From Bigelowiella natans CCMP2755 (Eukaryota; Protista; Cercozoa): a stretch of DNA of 64,000 nucleotides. The stretch covers positions 14,541-78,540 of the forward strand of contig ADNK01000245.1 of assembly GCA_000320545.1 (NCBI GenBank). The letters are read 5' to 3'. How positions within the stretch are numbered: position 1 is the first letter of the stretch; every line of letters begins with the position of its first letter. The position numbers and the translations under genes were made by a program. The notes below the pieces were generated by a model. The model was not told the DNA's origin, made no database searches, and saw only the letters and a list, made by a program, of their open reading frames with translations. Of the stretch, positions 12,999-26,151 are shown one piece after another.

Positions 12999-15900
12999 GA
13001 GAGAGAGATAGAGAGAGAGGGAGAAGTGTAGAACTACTATACGTCCTCGCATTCTCATGATGCTTAGTTTTCACACGAATTTGCTTGTTAAGGAAGCAAG
13101 GTCGGGGGGGTTGGGATAATTGGGGCGAGGAAGGTGGGTGAACGTAATAAAGCACATGACATATATATGAAATACCCATTGCAAGATACTATTTTGGCCT
13201 TTAGTGATATGGTTTTATGGTCGAGTCACAGAAAGGAATGCATATGCGTTGTCGTTGGTATGATGATGAATCATCGTTAACTGCACCGACCTGGAGATCA
13301 GAGTATGCCTGCTCACACCTGCCCATCACCTCATCCTCGTCGACTACAATCATAGGATATGTATGGGATTTGTGAGGGTTTTTTGGTTTAGGGGCAAGGA
13401 AGCATTAATCAAGAACGGGCTTGATGCACTTGTTTGATGTAGAGCACAGCTATCATCTCATTAAAATATTTATGTAAGATCTGTGTCCCAAGCGGTCGGT
13501 CGACGATATTTCCCCAAGCATTCCGGCATTCATGGTCGTCATCATCGTCGGCCTCATCATCATCATGATCATCATCATCATCATGATCATCTTCATCAGC
13601 CTCATTATCATCATCGTGTCCTCTTTCAATCTTAGTTAAGGTCATATTATCTCTGTAACCATCACCTTGTCCAGAAAGCGTGAGCTGCTCCCTGCCGCCC
13701 CCCCGTCCTTCGTTGCCCTTCACCTCATTTGAGGCCGAGGGGTAGCGAGACTCGTCACCACGACCTCCTCGTTGTTTCGCGGAAGAGCTCCCTCTTCTAC
13801 CCCCCCCCCCTCCGCCGCGATGCTTGTGCTCACGAAGAAACCTGCGAGATGACGGTGACGACGATTATGATGATGATGGAAAGGGCATTGGAGCTGCCTG
13901 TGGCCTAGGCTCGTGTCTCTTTCCTCCATGAGAGGACGGCGACGATGACAAGTGACGATCATGATCATTCCCACCAGATGCAGATGCACGCTTCGCGTTC
14001 GTATGATTTCTTCTGAGGCTACTATTTGAAGCGGCGTCGTCGTAGGCACCGCCGGCGTCATTATGCCCTCCCCTCTTTTGGCTTGGCCGTTGCTTCCGAA
14101 CAACATCGTCACTATTGTCATTGCCCTTCGCGTCACCAAGAGTCCCCCCCACCCTTCTCCGGTCGGTCTTGCTGTCCCCCCTTCTCATTTTCCTCTCGTC
14201 GCCCTTTGGATTATTAGAAAAGGGCGTCGATGACGGCAGGGCATTCTTCAGCCGAATGGGGGAGGGGGGCGTGGCGTCCTCAAGAGGCTCTTCAAGATTT
14301 TCCTCGCGCTGCTGCTGATGCTCATCAGCACTGCCGTTGTGGATCAAGCGATTGACAGCGTACTCCAGGTCGTCGTCGCTGAGCTTGCTTCTCTCCTGAT
14401 TGGCTCTTTCCTCCTCTACCCCCTTCATGGTCAGCATCTCTGCAGATGCAACGGAGAGGCTGCATTCGTCTTCTCGACTGTGGCCCTCTCGACCATCATC
14501 AAGGGCATTCCTCCTGCTAGGACCGCCTTCCTCATCGTCGTTACCACTATCATCTAAATATTCTGCAACCTCCTCCCCCTCCTCCTCCTCCTCCTCCTGC
14601 TGCAGCACGTTTGGGAGAGCTCCCCCGCATCTGTTGGCCCTCATCAGCCTCTGCCCGAAATTGAGGAGGCTGAAGGTGTGGCGAAACTGCGACGGACAGG
14701 GATTCGCAACAAGCATCACGACTACGTTCGTGACCCCTCTGAGGAGGTACGTGAGCTTTGACGCCCGATAGTTTGGCCTCCAGGAATCACTCGCGCGAGC
14801 ATAGTCGACGAGGAAGCTCTCGAAAGCACTGATCTCTTTTGCTACCCTCGTACGAACTCGCTGCGTCGGTATGCTGGGACTTCCGAAGGTCCTCACACCC
14901 GTGCTGCTGCTGCTGGAGAGGGAGGGGCCTGTCGCTGACGTCGCTGTCTTCTTCGGAGGTACGGCAAACGAATCAAACCACGATGTAGGCACTTGCAATT
15001 TGTCATGCACATCCCACGGCGCAATGTCCACGAAATTCAGCCGTCCAACACTCCTTCGCACGTAATAGGGCTGTGAGGGCCAAGATGATGGCGACGAAGA
15101 CGACGATACTGGCCGCCGCTTGCTTCCAGATGTGTTGGAAGACGACGATGATGACAACTCGACTTGCTCCAGCGACACGGTGAAAATTAGATGCGTTGCA
15201 GAGGGTTTGGCTCGGGCCAGTTTGATCCTGTGCATTAAGCCAAGGATGTCGTGCAAAGACTCTATAGTGATGCGCTCACACCCGATAGTGGAGACCTCAC
15301 CGCTCTCTGGAATTTTCACAATCTTAACCTCCCCGTCGTGGGAATTGAAGACGTCTAGAACCTGCGGCAGTTGTGTCATCACACGCGGTCATTTTCACCC
15401 CTCGATAAACAAAAGCGCCAAGTGTGATGATGCGGGAAAAAGGGAGGAACGAAAGACAGGGAAACAGTTTTTTTGGACATTTGTAGCGAACGTATTTCTA
15501 CAATCATAGCTCATCGCCTATCTAGGTGTTTTGTACACGTACTTTTTCTTTGTTTGTGATCAGTTTTGGAATGGGGTTTGCTTGCACTTACCATATCCCC
15601 TTTGAGGAAGACACCAGTGACTACGATCTGAAGTCGTTGCCCCGTTGTCGCAGCCATAGAGCGCGTCCTATTCAGTAGAGTCTCCAATGATCTCTAAAGA
15701 AACACAAGGCTATGAGGTGGTACAAGGAAATGCACGAATATACACATACATACACACAAGCAGTATGTGTTCAATGCAAGCAATAAACATGTATCTTTAC
15801 ATCATGCGGTTAATTTTACTGTTGGCCGCCCTTATGAGCGTGTTTGATGTGATGATCGAAGGTAAAAACCTGAATCAATCCACGATGTTTTCCCATATCA

Positions 15901-16074
15901 TTGCCAAGTATTGTTCTTGTCTTGCCACTTCTCCGCGTCCCGATAGTAACATATGCGATGTTGCTGCCCTAAACAGGGGGGAGGAAGAGAAAATGTGAGA
16001 ACGCTTAGTTGAATATAAACGCAATAATGTATTCATATTATATATATATAATTTAGAGTTTGTGTGTTTGTGTT

Positions 16075-16130
<56 letters not shown>

Positions 16131-16793
16131 GAAAGTTTTGTCGCTGAGAGCCCAATAACATAAAAGTCTTGAATTCGCAGCTACGAACTGTACCTCGAAC
16201 AGGTGGTTGATGATGGGGTTTAGTGTGCCTTTGAACACGAAATCTCGCATCCTGCTATCGTCACGAGCACCTCCATTCTTTTCACGGGAGGAAGAGGAGG
16301 TAGATGAGCGGAAAACATGATCGAAATTGAAAACCGTCGTGGCTGAGGGTCCCAGCATAACCTTTTTTGGCGATTCGTTGTAAAATACAGAATCACATAT
16401 ACGTACGCACAGCATTATGAAGTCATCTAACTAATTAAATATAAGATAATTACTTTTAGCCATCTTACCAACCTGATTCGTATCGTTCTCCAGATAGAGC
16501 TGATACTTCTTCTCAGACGAGAGGATAGCGGTTTTGCCTCTGTTTGCAACGCCAATCGTCTGATTCAATGATCCGGACAGTGATGAGGATTGCGTCACAG
16601 AAGAGAAGGACTGCGACAGAGTGTGCTGAGGTCTCTTGTTCCTTGGCTGCCGCTTACGCCGTTCTTTTGGCCTTAATTCGGTGTGGAAGGCAGTATCATA
16701 AACATTAAAAATTGATAGTCTACGTTCTCATCCCCCTTCCCCAACTCCTCTAATGTACCTTGAAATCTGCAGGTACACGTTCAACGTTGCCAT
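9089..16793 (-). CDS. Degenerate kinesin motor-like protein with long low-complexity tail and possible C-terminal ConA-like beta-sandwich; may be two genes or carry an in-frame stop at 13865
   Basis: MATLNVYLQISRP, FNFDHVF, P-loop GTRRSGKT, HLIFTVSLEQ, GRLNFVDIA, NYRASKLTYLLR, TFSLLNFGQR; further GT-AG exons continue to ...MEDDEKLQ* at 9089. Confidence 0.7.
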
Positions 16794-17558
16794 ATTCCAA
16801 ACTACCTGCTCTTTTACGCAAGTAAAGAGAAGGAAGTAGCCCCCAAAGACAAGATTCGCATAGTTATGGAAATCCAGGAAATATACGTTTTGCAGGAACA
16901 TCATAGTGGGACCTATAGCTTATTTATTAGCTGCTCACATCTTTCACTAACCTGTGCAGGGAGGGGGCGGATGATCAGTTACAATGCGTTCTCGTGAGTT
17001 GTAGTTAGACATTATTAGTAGGTTATTATGTGGATAGATTGTCTATTTTACGTGCATTCATAGATCCAAAAACGAAAGCCCGGTGTTGGTCCCAGAAATA
17101 TCTGTTTAGAATATTACCGGTGTAAAATACAGAAGGTAAAAAACCCAGAATCACGGATATTGTCGTTTTTATAGGAAATACACAAATTATATACATACGT
17201 CATAGAAAGGACGATGTCGCAAGAAGAAAATAGAAAAGATCCTGATTTTTTTAATATAAATTAAAGGTTCTTCAAGACGCACAGACAAAATAGAATACAT
17301 TCTGCTCCCGAGCAGCTAGAATTAAAAAGTCGGGTAATGGCGCACTGCATGGGCTGGCTTGCGTGAGCGTTCAGCGAATTCACTCGCTGAAGAAGCATGC
17401 TTGTTTCATTCGATGTGATATGTTCGATACTACCACAGAATATTATGATCCTGTGAATAGAACAGTAGGTGGTGATGGTGCTGGTGGTGTGGTGGGGGTG
17501 ACAGAGTTATCGGTTATTGTGCTCTATGCATGTTAGATTTGCCAACACCAAACACGCT

Positions 17559-18116
17559 ATGTCTCAGGTCACGAGGATGTTTAAGGAAAAAGTGCAGGAT
17601 ATTGGGACAACGTTCTTAGCGAAGTACAAAGAAGTACATAAGGACAAGAAGGAGGTGAGAAAATAAATGCCCTCAGCAACATCAATAAGAGTCTTAAGAT
17701 TTTTTTATATTATTTAGGTTATACTAATAGATATGTTCCTTCTCTTCTCCTTCTTGACCGGAGTCGTCCAGTTCATCTATCTTATCATTGCTGGCCAGTT
17801 TCCATATAACTCATTCTGTGCTGGCTTCTTCTCTGCGCTTGGCGTCTTCGTCTCCACGGGTATGAAGAGAGTTGTAAGAATTTTGGAAGAAGGTGCTAGT
17901 ATGTCTATCTTTACTTCGAGCTATAAAAGTTAATACTCCAACCTTGAAGAGCGACCTGAAATTCTAAAATTTGTTTTGGGATTTATATCAGCCTGCCTAC
18001 GAATGCAAGTCGTCGCCCCGGAGGATTTCGATAATATACCGAAAGAAAGAGCATTTGCAGATTTCGTAGTCTTCAATGTACTCCTTCACTTCGTTGTAAT
18101 AATGTTTATGGGTTAA
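17559..18116 (+). CDS. DAD1: Oligosaccharyltransferase subunit DAD1/OST2, 3 exons
   Basis: LIDMFLLFSFLTGVVQFIYLIIAGQFPYNSF...CLRMQV...ERAFADFVVFNVLLHFVVIMFMG*. Confidence 0.95.
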
Positions 18117-18149
18117 AAATTGATTGTAAATTCACGATAAATGTTGATA

Positions 18150-19988
18150 TTAGCCGCTCACAATGCTGCTGTGAGCATGCAAAGGCAACATGAACAGATT
18201 TCAGGGCATGTGTATCTGTGCCTCTCTCATCATGTCATGTAGCGTGGCATCACCAATGGGCACATTGCATGCACCATCCATCAACATGCAGCATGCCACA
18301 TGTTGTGTCCATGTGTAGTCACCATGCACCATGCTGACATGGTTTGTTCTAGTGAGGCGCAATGGGCATGCTTTCAAATCGTCATCTCGCCATTGGCGCG
18401 AGACGGATGCAATGAATTGATCAAATCTGCAAATCTTTTCAATGGTCGACCGTGACAACATGAACTGCGTTCTCGATCACGTCGACCTCATCTCAATGTG
18501 GGCGGCAAATGCAGTGCGCTGTCATGACCAGATGAGACGAAGCGCAATGGAAGCTGATCGAACGCATCATGCAGCTCGCAATCTAGCAATGGCCCGTTTC
18601 GACGCGACAACAATGCAATGGACATGCGCATCACGCCATGGGCATGCACATGCTGGCATGGCTGCTGGCATGCTGGCATGCAAGCATGATGCAAGACGGA
18701 TGTGATCAATCAAATCAAACTTCCAGACTTGTTCAATGGTCATCTCAACGTGGCTGTGCAATGCGCAGTGCCAGAGTGATGTGCACTGTGCGTGTGTCGT
18801 CTGCAGTCTTGCTTGCACAGGCTGGCCTGGCTAGCTCATCTGGTCATTTTCACATTGAAAACCTGCACGACACATCCAGACATCGATGCATCGAACACCA
18901 CTAGACGTGCAGACCAGCAAGGAAGGCATCGCACGACGTTTGCACAAACACAACGATGTGCTGTTTGGCTCTGGGGCTGTGTGCACTGCGATCTGCACGT
19001 GTGCACGTGCTTTTTGCACATTGTTCACCATTGCGTTGCCAGGCGCGCGCCAGCTGTGCGTCTGCTTTTGTTCCAATTGCAATGAGCAGAGTGTGAGCTG
19101 CACACCAGCAGACCAGGCTGGCAGCAGGCCAGCCAGCTAGCAGGAGACACAGGTGCATGATGGACATGCAACACACAATGCATGTGATGTGCACAGTGCA
19201 TTGCTGTGTCCATCATGTGCACATCCATGTGCACCAGTCTGGCATGGCAGTGCACATCGTGCAAACTTCTCAGCATCGCCTCTGCAAGGAAGAAACTCAC
19301 ATCGCAGAAGAAATGGCCAGAGAGAGCATCTGCGGGGGGGCGGTGCAGACTTCACCACCCTGCTAGCCTGCTCAGTGCACTTGCACGTGCACAAAATGGA
19401 TTCCTTGCACAGGCAATTGTGGTTCCATCCATGCATTCCGTTGAAGGAATCATGGGACGAAAGTCCTGATGCCTTCTCTCAAGATTTGATGCCACTGTGT
19501 TGCATTGAGCATGCTGGCATGCACTTGACCGCTGCTGTGATGAGTTGATGCGCCCAACGTGCGATTTCTGTGTTTCTGCTTCAGGAAAAATGCTGTGATC
19601 GATCAGTTGTGTCTAGATTTGTGTGGCCGCAGCTGGTGAAAACACTTTTTCTTTTCACTTTTTCTTTTCAGAAGATTGGGCTTGCACGAAATGACATTTT
19701 CTTTTGGTTCAACGACAACGGCCAAATCTCCATTCCGTTTCTTCTTGCGCTCCTTTTCACACACATGGATTTTTCGTCGCCACCCACGTTTGCAGCCATG
19801 GGAAAGGAACAATTTGTGGGCTTTGCTTTTTGATGCCAACAGTTTGTTTCGAATTCGTTCGAATGGCGCCATGACTTCGTTGCCCACCCTTGATTGCTGT
19901 TTTGCTGTTCTTTCATCTGCATGAGATTGGATGCAAAGGAAAGACCCGATTTCAAAAGCTTGAACACATCGCATGTGATTCACAGTGG
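18150..19988. other. TpA-erased island 4 (most complete)
   Basis: Manual scan of 18320-19988 finds 7 TA dinucleotides, all inside CTAG. Confidence 0.95.
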
Positions 19989-20255
19989 TATTTTTTGAGA
20001 ACCAACAGAGTTACATAGTTTGACCTGGTTTGCTGTTCATTTTTTTTTTTGTGCTGGCATTCCCCCTCCGCCGAGGCTCGTCTAGAGCGACTGCTTTCTT
20101 CTCCATCTTCCTCGACAATTTCGAGTGCTTAGAACGATTGAAATGAAACGTATGAAGGATTCACTCAGTTCTTGATAGATGTTAAAACCAAGCAACTCCA
20201 CCTTTGGGTCGTCGCTGGCAGCTTCTCTCTTCCTGGCCCTCTTCTTCGGAGCCAT
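19603..20255 (-). pseudogene. Three-exon basic protein gene whose last exon lies in the hypermutated island
   Basis: MAPKKRARKREAASDDPK|HSKLSRKMEKK...KKKMNSKP|AFEIGSFLCIQSHADER... splices in frame with GT-AG; exon 3 has no Tyr and excess Cys/His. Confidence 0.5.
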
Positions 20256-20519
20256 TGGTACCCATTATATAGCTTTTAGAAAAGGGATGCCCTTACATAC
20301 GTGCGACAACATATTGTGGGATATAATCTTAGAAGGAAAACCGGCATGCAAGTCCACCGCTGCAAGTACGTGAGCAGCTCCCGATATTAACCAGCGTTTA
20401 GATAGTGCGACATGATATAATATTCTAAAAAGGAAAGAAATATCCCCTGTAGCAGACGTGATGATGATGGCAGTGTGACGAGAGCGCCCCATTAGGAGTC
20501 GACGTGGTTTTCTGACATC

Positions 20520-20927
20520 ATGCAGACCCTCTTTCCCCATGGGGTTGGGAAGCAGGTGTCCTGGCTACTACTCATCTATGTTCTTTGTAGCTACACCTTT
20601 TTGGGCCGAGATATCTATTGTTATGCGGAAGCTACAGCTGGGGGGGCACCTTCCCCTGCATCATCTGCCCGCAGCAACAGCAGTAGCAGCATTAGTAGCA
20701 CTCACAGTTATGAGACTCCCCAGAAGGTGAAGCTCTCTTATTCAGGAACAACTAGGAAGGTTTCGGTACCTCCAACCTATAAGGAGCTTGTGAAGTCTGT
20801 GCCGACGTTCTTTCCCAGCATTATTGTTACCGATGACCACACACCCCGGGTTGGTATCAGTTATGTGGACAATGATGGAGACGAAGTTACCATCCAGAGG
20901 TGGTGAGAGAGGGTTCATTCATATGGG

Positions 20928-20977
<50 letters not shown>

Positions 20978-21005
20978 CATATTTTCGCATACACTAACAC
21001 ACACA

Positions 21006-21066
<61 letters not shown>

Positions 21067-21996
21067 TATGGTGTGTTTGTATGTAGCAAGCGATATTTGA
21101 AGGACAGTGGTATTTCAGCCATGTAGTTTCTATTCGCTACGATTCACTTATCAACCGCACCGCTTTGCGAACCGTGATAGTGCTACTACGTTCTTTTCTT
21201 GCGACTGGCTTGAGCAATGCTTTGCACTATTCAGCGATGAGGAGCTCACAGAGGCTCTTAAAACGGCAAAGTAATATTATCAGCTACACTCAATTCTTCT
21301 GGAAGATTTGAAAACAAGAACAAACATATATAGAGAAATGAGATATAGAAAATGAGATATACACAATGTCAATATTAAAATGAGATACACTGTTAGGATA
21401 AAATTAAATTATTGCTCATCATCCCCATGGTTCACCTATGGAATACTCTACTATTCCCACTCTTCTACTTGCGTCTGTGTACGATATCAACAATTAGGGA
21501 CACTGGACGTGTGCTCAAGATGTCGATAACTACTATCTCCTCCTCCTCCTCCTCCTCCTCCTCCCCCTCCTCCTCCTCTTCCTCGTCCAGTGAGATGGAG
21601 GAGTACACGAGCGAGTCTGACATGGAAGCAAACGTGATAAAAGATGCAAAGGCAGGAAGGGGGGGGGCGAAAAACAACACCCCAGAAACGACTACAACGA
21701 CGATAGCAATGGATGGGGACCGTCGTCACTTCCCTTTATTGGTTAAAGTCAAAGGCAGTCAAGACAGCAGAATGGACGGTGTGTACGCACTACTGCGAAA
21801 TGGTTCATCTATGCCGGAGGAGGGGAAGCATGCGGATGGTAGTCTTAGAGAGACTGCTGCTTCTTCTGCTGCTGCAACTCGGCGGGGGGGGAACAACGGT
21901 GAAGAGGATGAGGTGGCGAGGGAGGATAATTGGCCGGTCTACCGACACATAGAAAACCCAGAATATGTGAGTAGTATATCATGTTTCTGTATGATA

Positions 21997-22029
<33 letters not shown>

Positions 22030-22368
22030 TAGCACGACCAAAGTTGTTGAGCTCACCTCCAACATGACTGTCATTGAGATAGATTTTAGTAAAACACACA
22101 CCAATCTCAAACCGTTGCTTTTCCATGCCTGCATGTGAATAAGCGTAACCTCCTTCTCCCCCCCTCCCATGCAATATCCTGTACAGTGGATACGGCATTT
22201 CGGGAAGAATTGGGTGGTAGATAAGCACCCTACTTGCGGGATTCTGCTCCTGCAAGGCATTTGCGAAGGTAGGAACGGGGGAGGGGGGAGTTGGTGTACG
22301 TACGCGTACATGACGTTCGTGTTTAGACGAATGCAAGCGCACATACACAAATACACACACATATTTGC

Positions 22369-22420
<52 letters not shown>

Positions 22421-23491
22421 TTCGTTTTTTCAGAGTCTTTCTGCCGATCCTACAAGTGTAAAAGTCGGCAAGTGGCTAATTTACGCCGTTAAGGTATTAA
22501 TCATCCCTAATTCTTCACAAACCTTGCCATTATTATCATTCTTCAATCGCCACAACCAATCGTCCTTCTACCACCAGGAGAAGCAGTGGGTCGATGCGAA
22601 GACGATGGAAATTGTCGCTGAAGGGAAGGGGGTTGGCCAGGAAAAGAGCGGCAAAAGTTACAGCAAGAGCAGCAGCATTGAAGGAGGAGAGCAAAGGAGT
22701 AGTAGTAGCAGTAATGCTACCGGGAATGAGTACCGAAGCCAGCTCCATCGACCCAAATCATCATCAACCTCCTCCCAAGTTGCTGTTGGTGCTGCTGCTG
22801 CCAGTAACATCTCAGATCCCCAAGAGACACCAACAGGCGTGATAAGTGATCCTGAGGAGGGGAGAGACGTAAAGCGACCATCATCATCTCAACAACAACC
22901 ACCACCATCATCATCATCATCATCATCGTCGTCGTCGTCTCCGTCCCCCAAAGATACCACCAGAAGAGACCGCACAAAGAGCACGAAATCCTCCTCCTCC
23001 TCCTCCTCCTCCTCCTCTTCCACGTCTACGACACCCACAAAGAGGACTAATAGCTCCTCCTCCTCCTCCTCCTCCTCCTCCTCCTTCTCCACATCGTCGT
23101 CGTCGCCACCGCCACCACAACCTCCCTCGTATGGCAGTGGAGACAGACACGAAGTGCGGACTCCCGCATCCACAGGGAGAGGGGCACAAGGAGAACAAGA
23201 TAATGACGATGATAATGATGATGATGATGATGACACAAACCACACCATCAAAACCCCACCACCACGCCTCAATAGAACCAGCGGTAGCAGCCCAGGCGAT
23301 GGGGACAACGATGGCGTCGATATTGTAGGAATCAACCAAACACATCTAAGCATGCAGAATTGACCATCAATCGTAACATAATATGTCTTAATGTTGGCTG
23401 CTGCGCGAAGCAACCATCAATAGTCCTCACCATCATAAAGATGAAGATTCATCGCCACCATCGTCAACCCCGCCATCGTCATTACCATCAC

Positions 23492-23525
<34 letters not shown>

Positions 23526-23725
23526 GTTTTGCGTTTTGTTGTGCTTCCTGCATTGTTGGCGTTTGTGTTTACAACTGAGTAGTTTCGAACCCATCCTGGA
23601 ATAAAGCCCCTCCTCGGTAACGACCTTCCCTCGCAACCGGTCAGTACCCCGCCCCTGGTTCTCTCTCCTCCTTGCCCGGCATTTTCCCTTCAGCCTCTCT
23701 AATCTTTACTGAATGAAATATTTAT

Positions 23726-23767
<42 letters not shown>

Positions 23768-23787
23768 CTATGTTATGATATTACAGT

Positions 23788-23821
<34 letters not shown>

Positions 23822-24739
23822 CCTATCTTTCACTCGCAGGGCGATCTGCCGCGTATAGTTGTAGAGCACCGGCTGCTTCTACAAGTAATGTACACCAAAC
23901 GCACACCGACACATCATCTCACTCGCAATTCAGTCGCACTTGAGGGGTGGTGGTGATGATAGTATCTGAAGATAGAGTCGTAGTAACAGTAATAGTAACG
24001 GTAGTAGTACTACTAGTAGTGGTAGTTGTAGTAGTAGTAGAAGAAGTAGTAGCAGCCCCCCCCCCGCAGTTTCCTCCTGCATTTCGTGGGTCAAACATAC
24101 ACTTAATCATGTGGGTAGGGCTTATGCGATGTTAGAGAGAGAGAGAGAGTGAGAGGGGGGGGGAGGGGAGAGATTGGGGGGGAAGGGAAGGAGTGACGAT
24201 TGAACGGTAGATGTGTGCATTAATCTGTTTATGATTAGGTTGCCCCTCTTCTAATCATCTTGGTTACGGGTATCGAAACATATCATTACAGCCTTTATAA
24301 TTTAACACAAGCTCTATCATGTATGTATGTGAGTTAGTGTTTGTGTGTGTGTGTGTGTACAATCATTATTCATATCACCAATGCGAGTACAAAAGCGATA
24401 CTCTCGTACACGACGACAGGATGTTGTCACCTCTTCTTCATACTCTCTGTCATTTTTCCCTTCCAGGGATGTGTATGGCGCGAATCGTGTCTCCGATCTA
24501 TAGCGGGCTCTTCTTTAACACCCTGGCAGCGATTATGTTGTCCATATTCGGAAAGATCCGCTACCAAATGAGGTACTACGAACGGTACAGCAATACCTTT
24601 ATAGCTACTTGCATGGTATCTCCCAAGATCGATGGGTGACAAATTGCTGGCACTCTGCGTATCGAATGCATGGTCAAATATAGTTCGCGTGCTTATGATG
24701 ATACTTCCTGCAAATGGGTTTCAAACACGGACACAAACA

Positions 24740-24782
<43 letters not shown>

Positions 24783-25316
24783 GCGCGCGCGCGTGTGATT
24801 ACCCAACCATAAAGGATGCTGTCGATGGCTCTCTTCTCGCCCATTTCTGGCCGCAAAAAAAAGCAGGGCGACAGCAATGATGACGTGGAAACAGCAGCTG
24901 CAAGGAATGCTACGACGGGGAACAGGCCATCACAAACGCGAGCGCAAGCGGAGAGGGCACAAACAACAGCTACGGCGAGGCTGAAGAAGAAGAAAGGCCG
25001 CGTCCACAGCAGCAATAGCATCAACAGCCATACGATAGAAAACAAATCGTCGTCGTCGAGATATATAGGAAATCGTCGCGGCAGTAGTACAGCAACATCA
25101 AATAATTATGATACCTCGTCTCTTGACGGGATGATCCCTGGATTAGCCGACAGCATGCCTAACAGCATCTCCTCATCGCAGCTGCGCGCGTCATCTGTAT
25201 CATCGTCGGCCGCTAGTAACAGAAGACCACCTGGGAGACAAAGCGGCGGGAGAAAAAATACGAAGACAGTGAGGAAGAAGAAACCTCGATTGGGGAAAAC
25301 TCGCCGATACACGTAA
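20520..25316 (+). CDS. PB1-domain protein with N-terminal signal-like sequence, Ser-rich linker and C-terminal TM segments
   Basis: KVKLSYSGTTRKV...ISYVDNDGDEVTIQ|SDEELTEAL (PB1 OPCA motif); hydrophobic exons at 24070-24570; 3' extent inferred. Confidence 0.6.
20929..21060. repeat. Compound intronic microsatellite (TA)n-(CA)n-(GA)n, representative of dozens in the window
   Basis: Direct reading. Confidence 0.95.
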
Positions 25317-26151
25317 ATTGAACAAAAATGACTGTGTGAATGAATATGATGAACTTCCCCGTGATGATCTTCGGTATGCTTCATGCTACAAATTATGTTA
25401 TTAAGCCTACACGGACGGCCAATGATTCCTAATGAGCAACGCCGCAGCACGTAATTCGATACACACGTTACTGGCGAATGTCACTAATTAAGCGTGCGCA
25501 TGGATGGATGCACGTAGGTGCCTCTACTAGACCTGGCGTATATATGTACCTGCATCATTGTAGTGATACATATATTACAATTGCAACTACTGCACGACAT
25601 TGAGCTGATCATTGCGTTACCCGGTGCTTAATCAATAATTAGCCGATAGGCAGGTTCACAATGCACAACTGTCAATACCAACCTAAATAAGGCTTTCATC
25701 AATGCGCTGCAGTATGCATATGGCAACCATGTAGAATTTCGAGCGGCTCAGCAAGTGTACATAACGACTTTTAAAGGCTGTGCCCAAAGCTAAGGACGTT
25801 TATTTGCAGAAACATCACACGCATGCTGTAGTTGTTAATTTGTTCGCGATAATGATAGTAATATGCGTGTAGATTGCGACGACGGGGAAACACAACGTTA
25901 CACACATAATAAATGCGTAAGTGGTAATGGAGATTGAACTACCTTTAAAAAGTCCATACTTTCATGAAGTGAACATCGCGCACATCATAGTTGCAGCCTT
26001 GTAGCATGCTATTTTGCTACTTGCACATGAGTAAATTCATCAATCCTCCATCATCTCAACCATTCGGGAAACTACACTCCGGTGAGGATCTACGAATCGA
26101 TCCTGGTCGGCATTCAAAGCGAAGAAACCGTCATAAAAATTTCGAGTAAAA

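Noticed and set aside
13865-13867. Alternative genetic code or stop reassignment
   Set aside because: TAA, TAG and TGA all terminate well-supported genes here (DAD1, peptidase, DnaJ).
18201-19548. Dense overlapping Cys/His-rich ORFs in all six frames, resembling metal-binding proteins
   Set aside because: Artefact of TAA/TAG/Tyr codon loss in TpA-erased DNA; the same applies at 4318-5000, 36920-37677 and 42221-42515.
18320-19988. Classical RIP or CpG-methylation decay as the cause of TG/CA excess
   Set aside because: RIP raises TpA and CpG decay removes CpG; here TpA is lost and CpG remains common.
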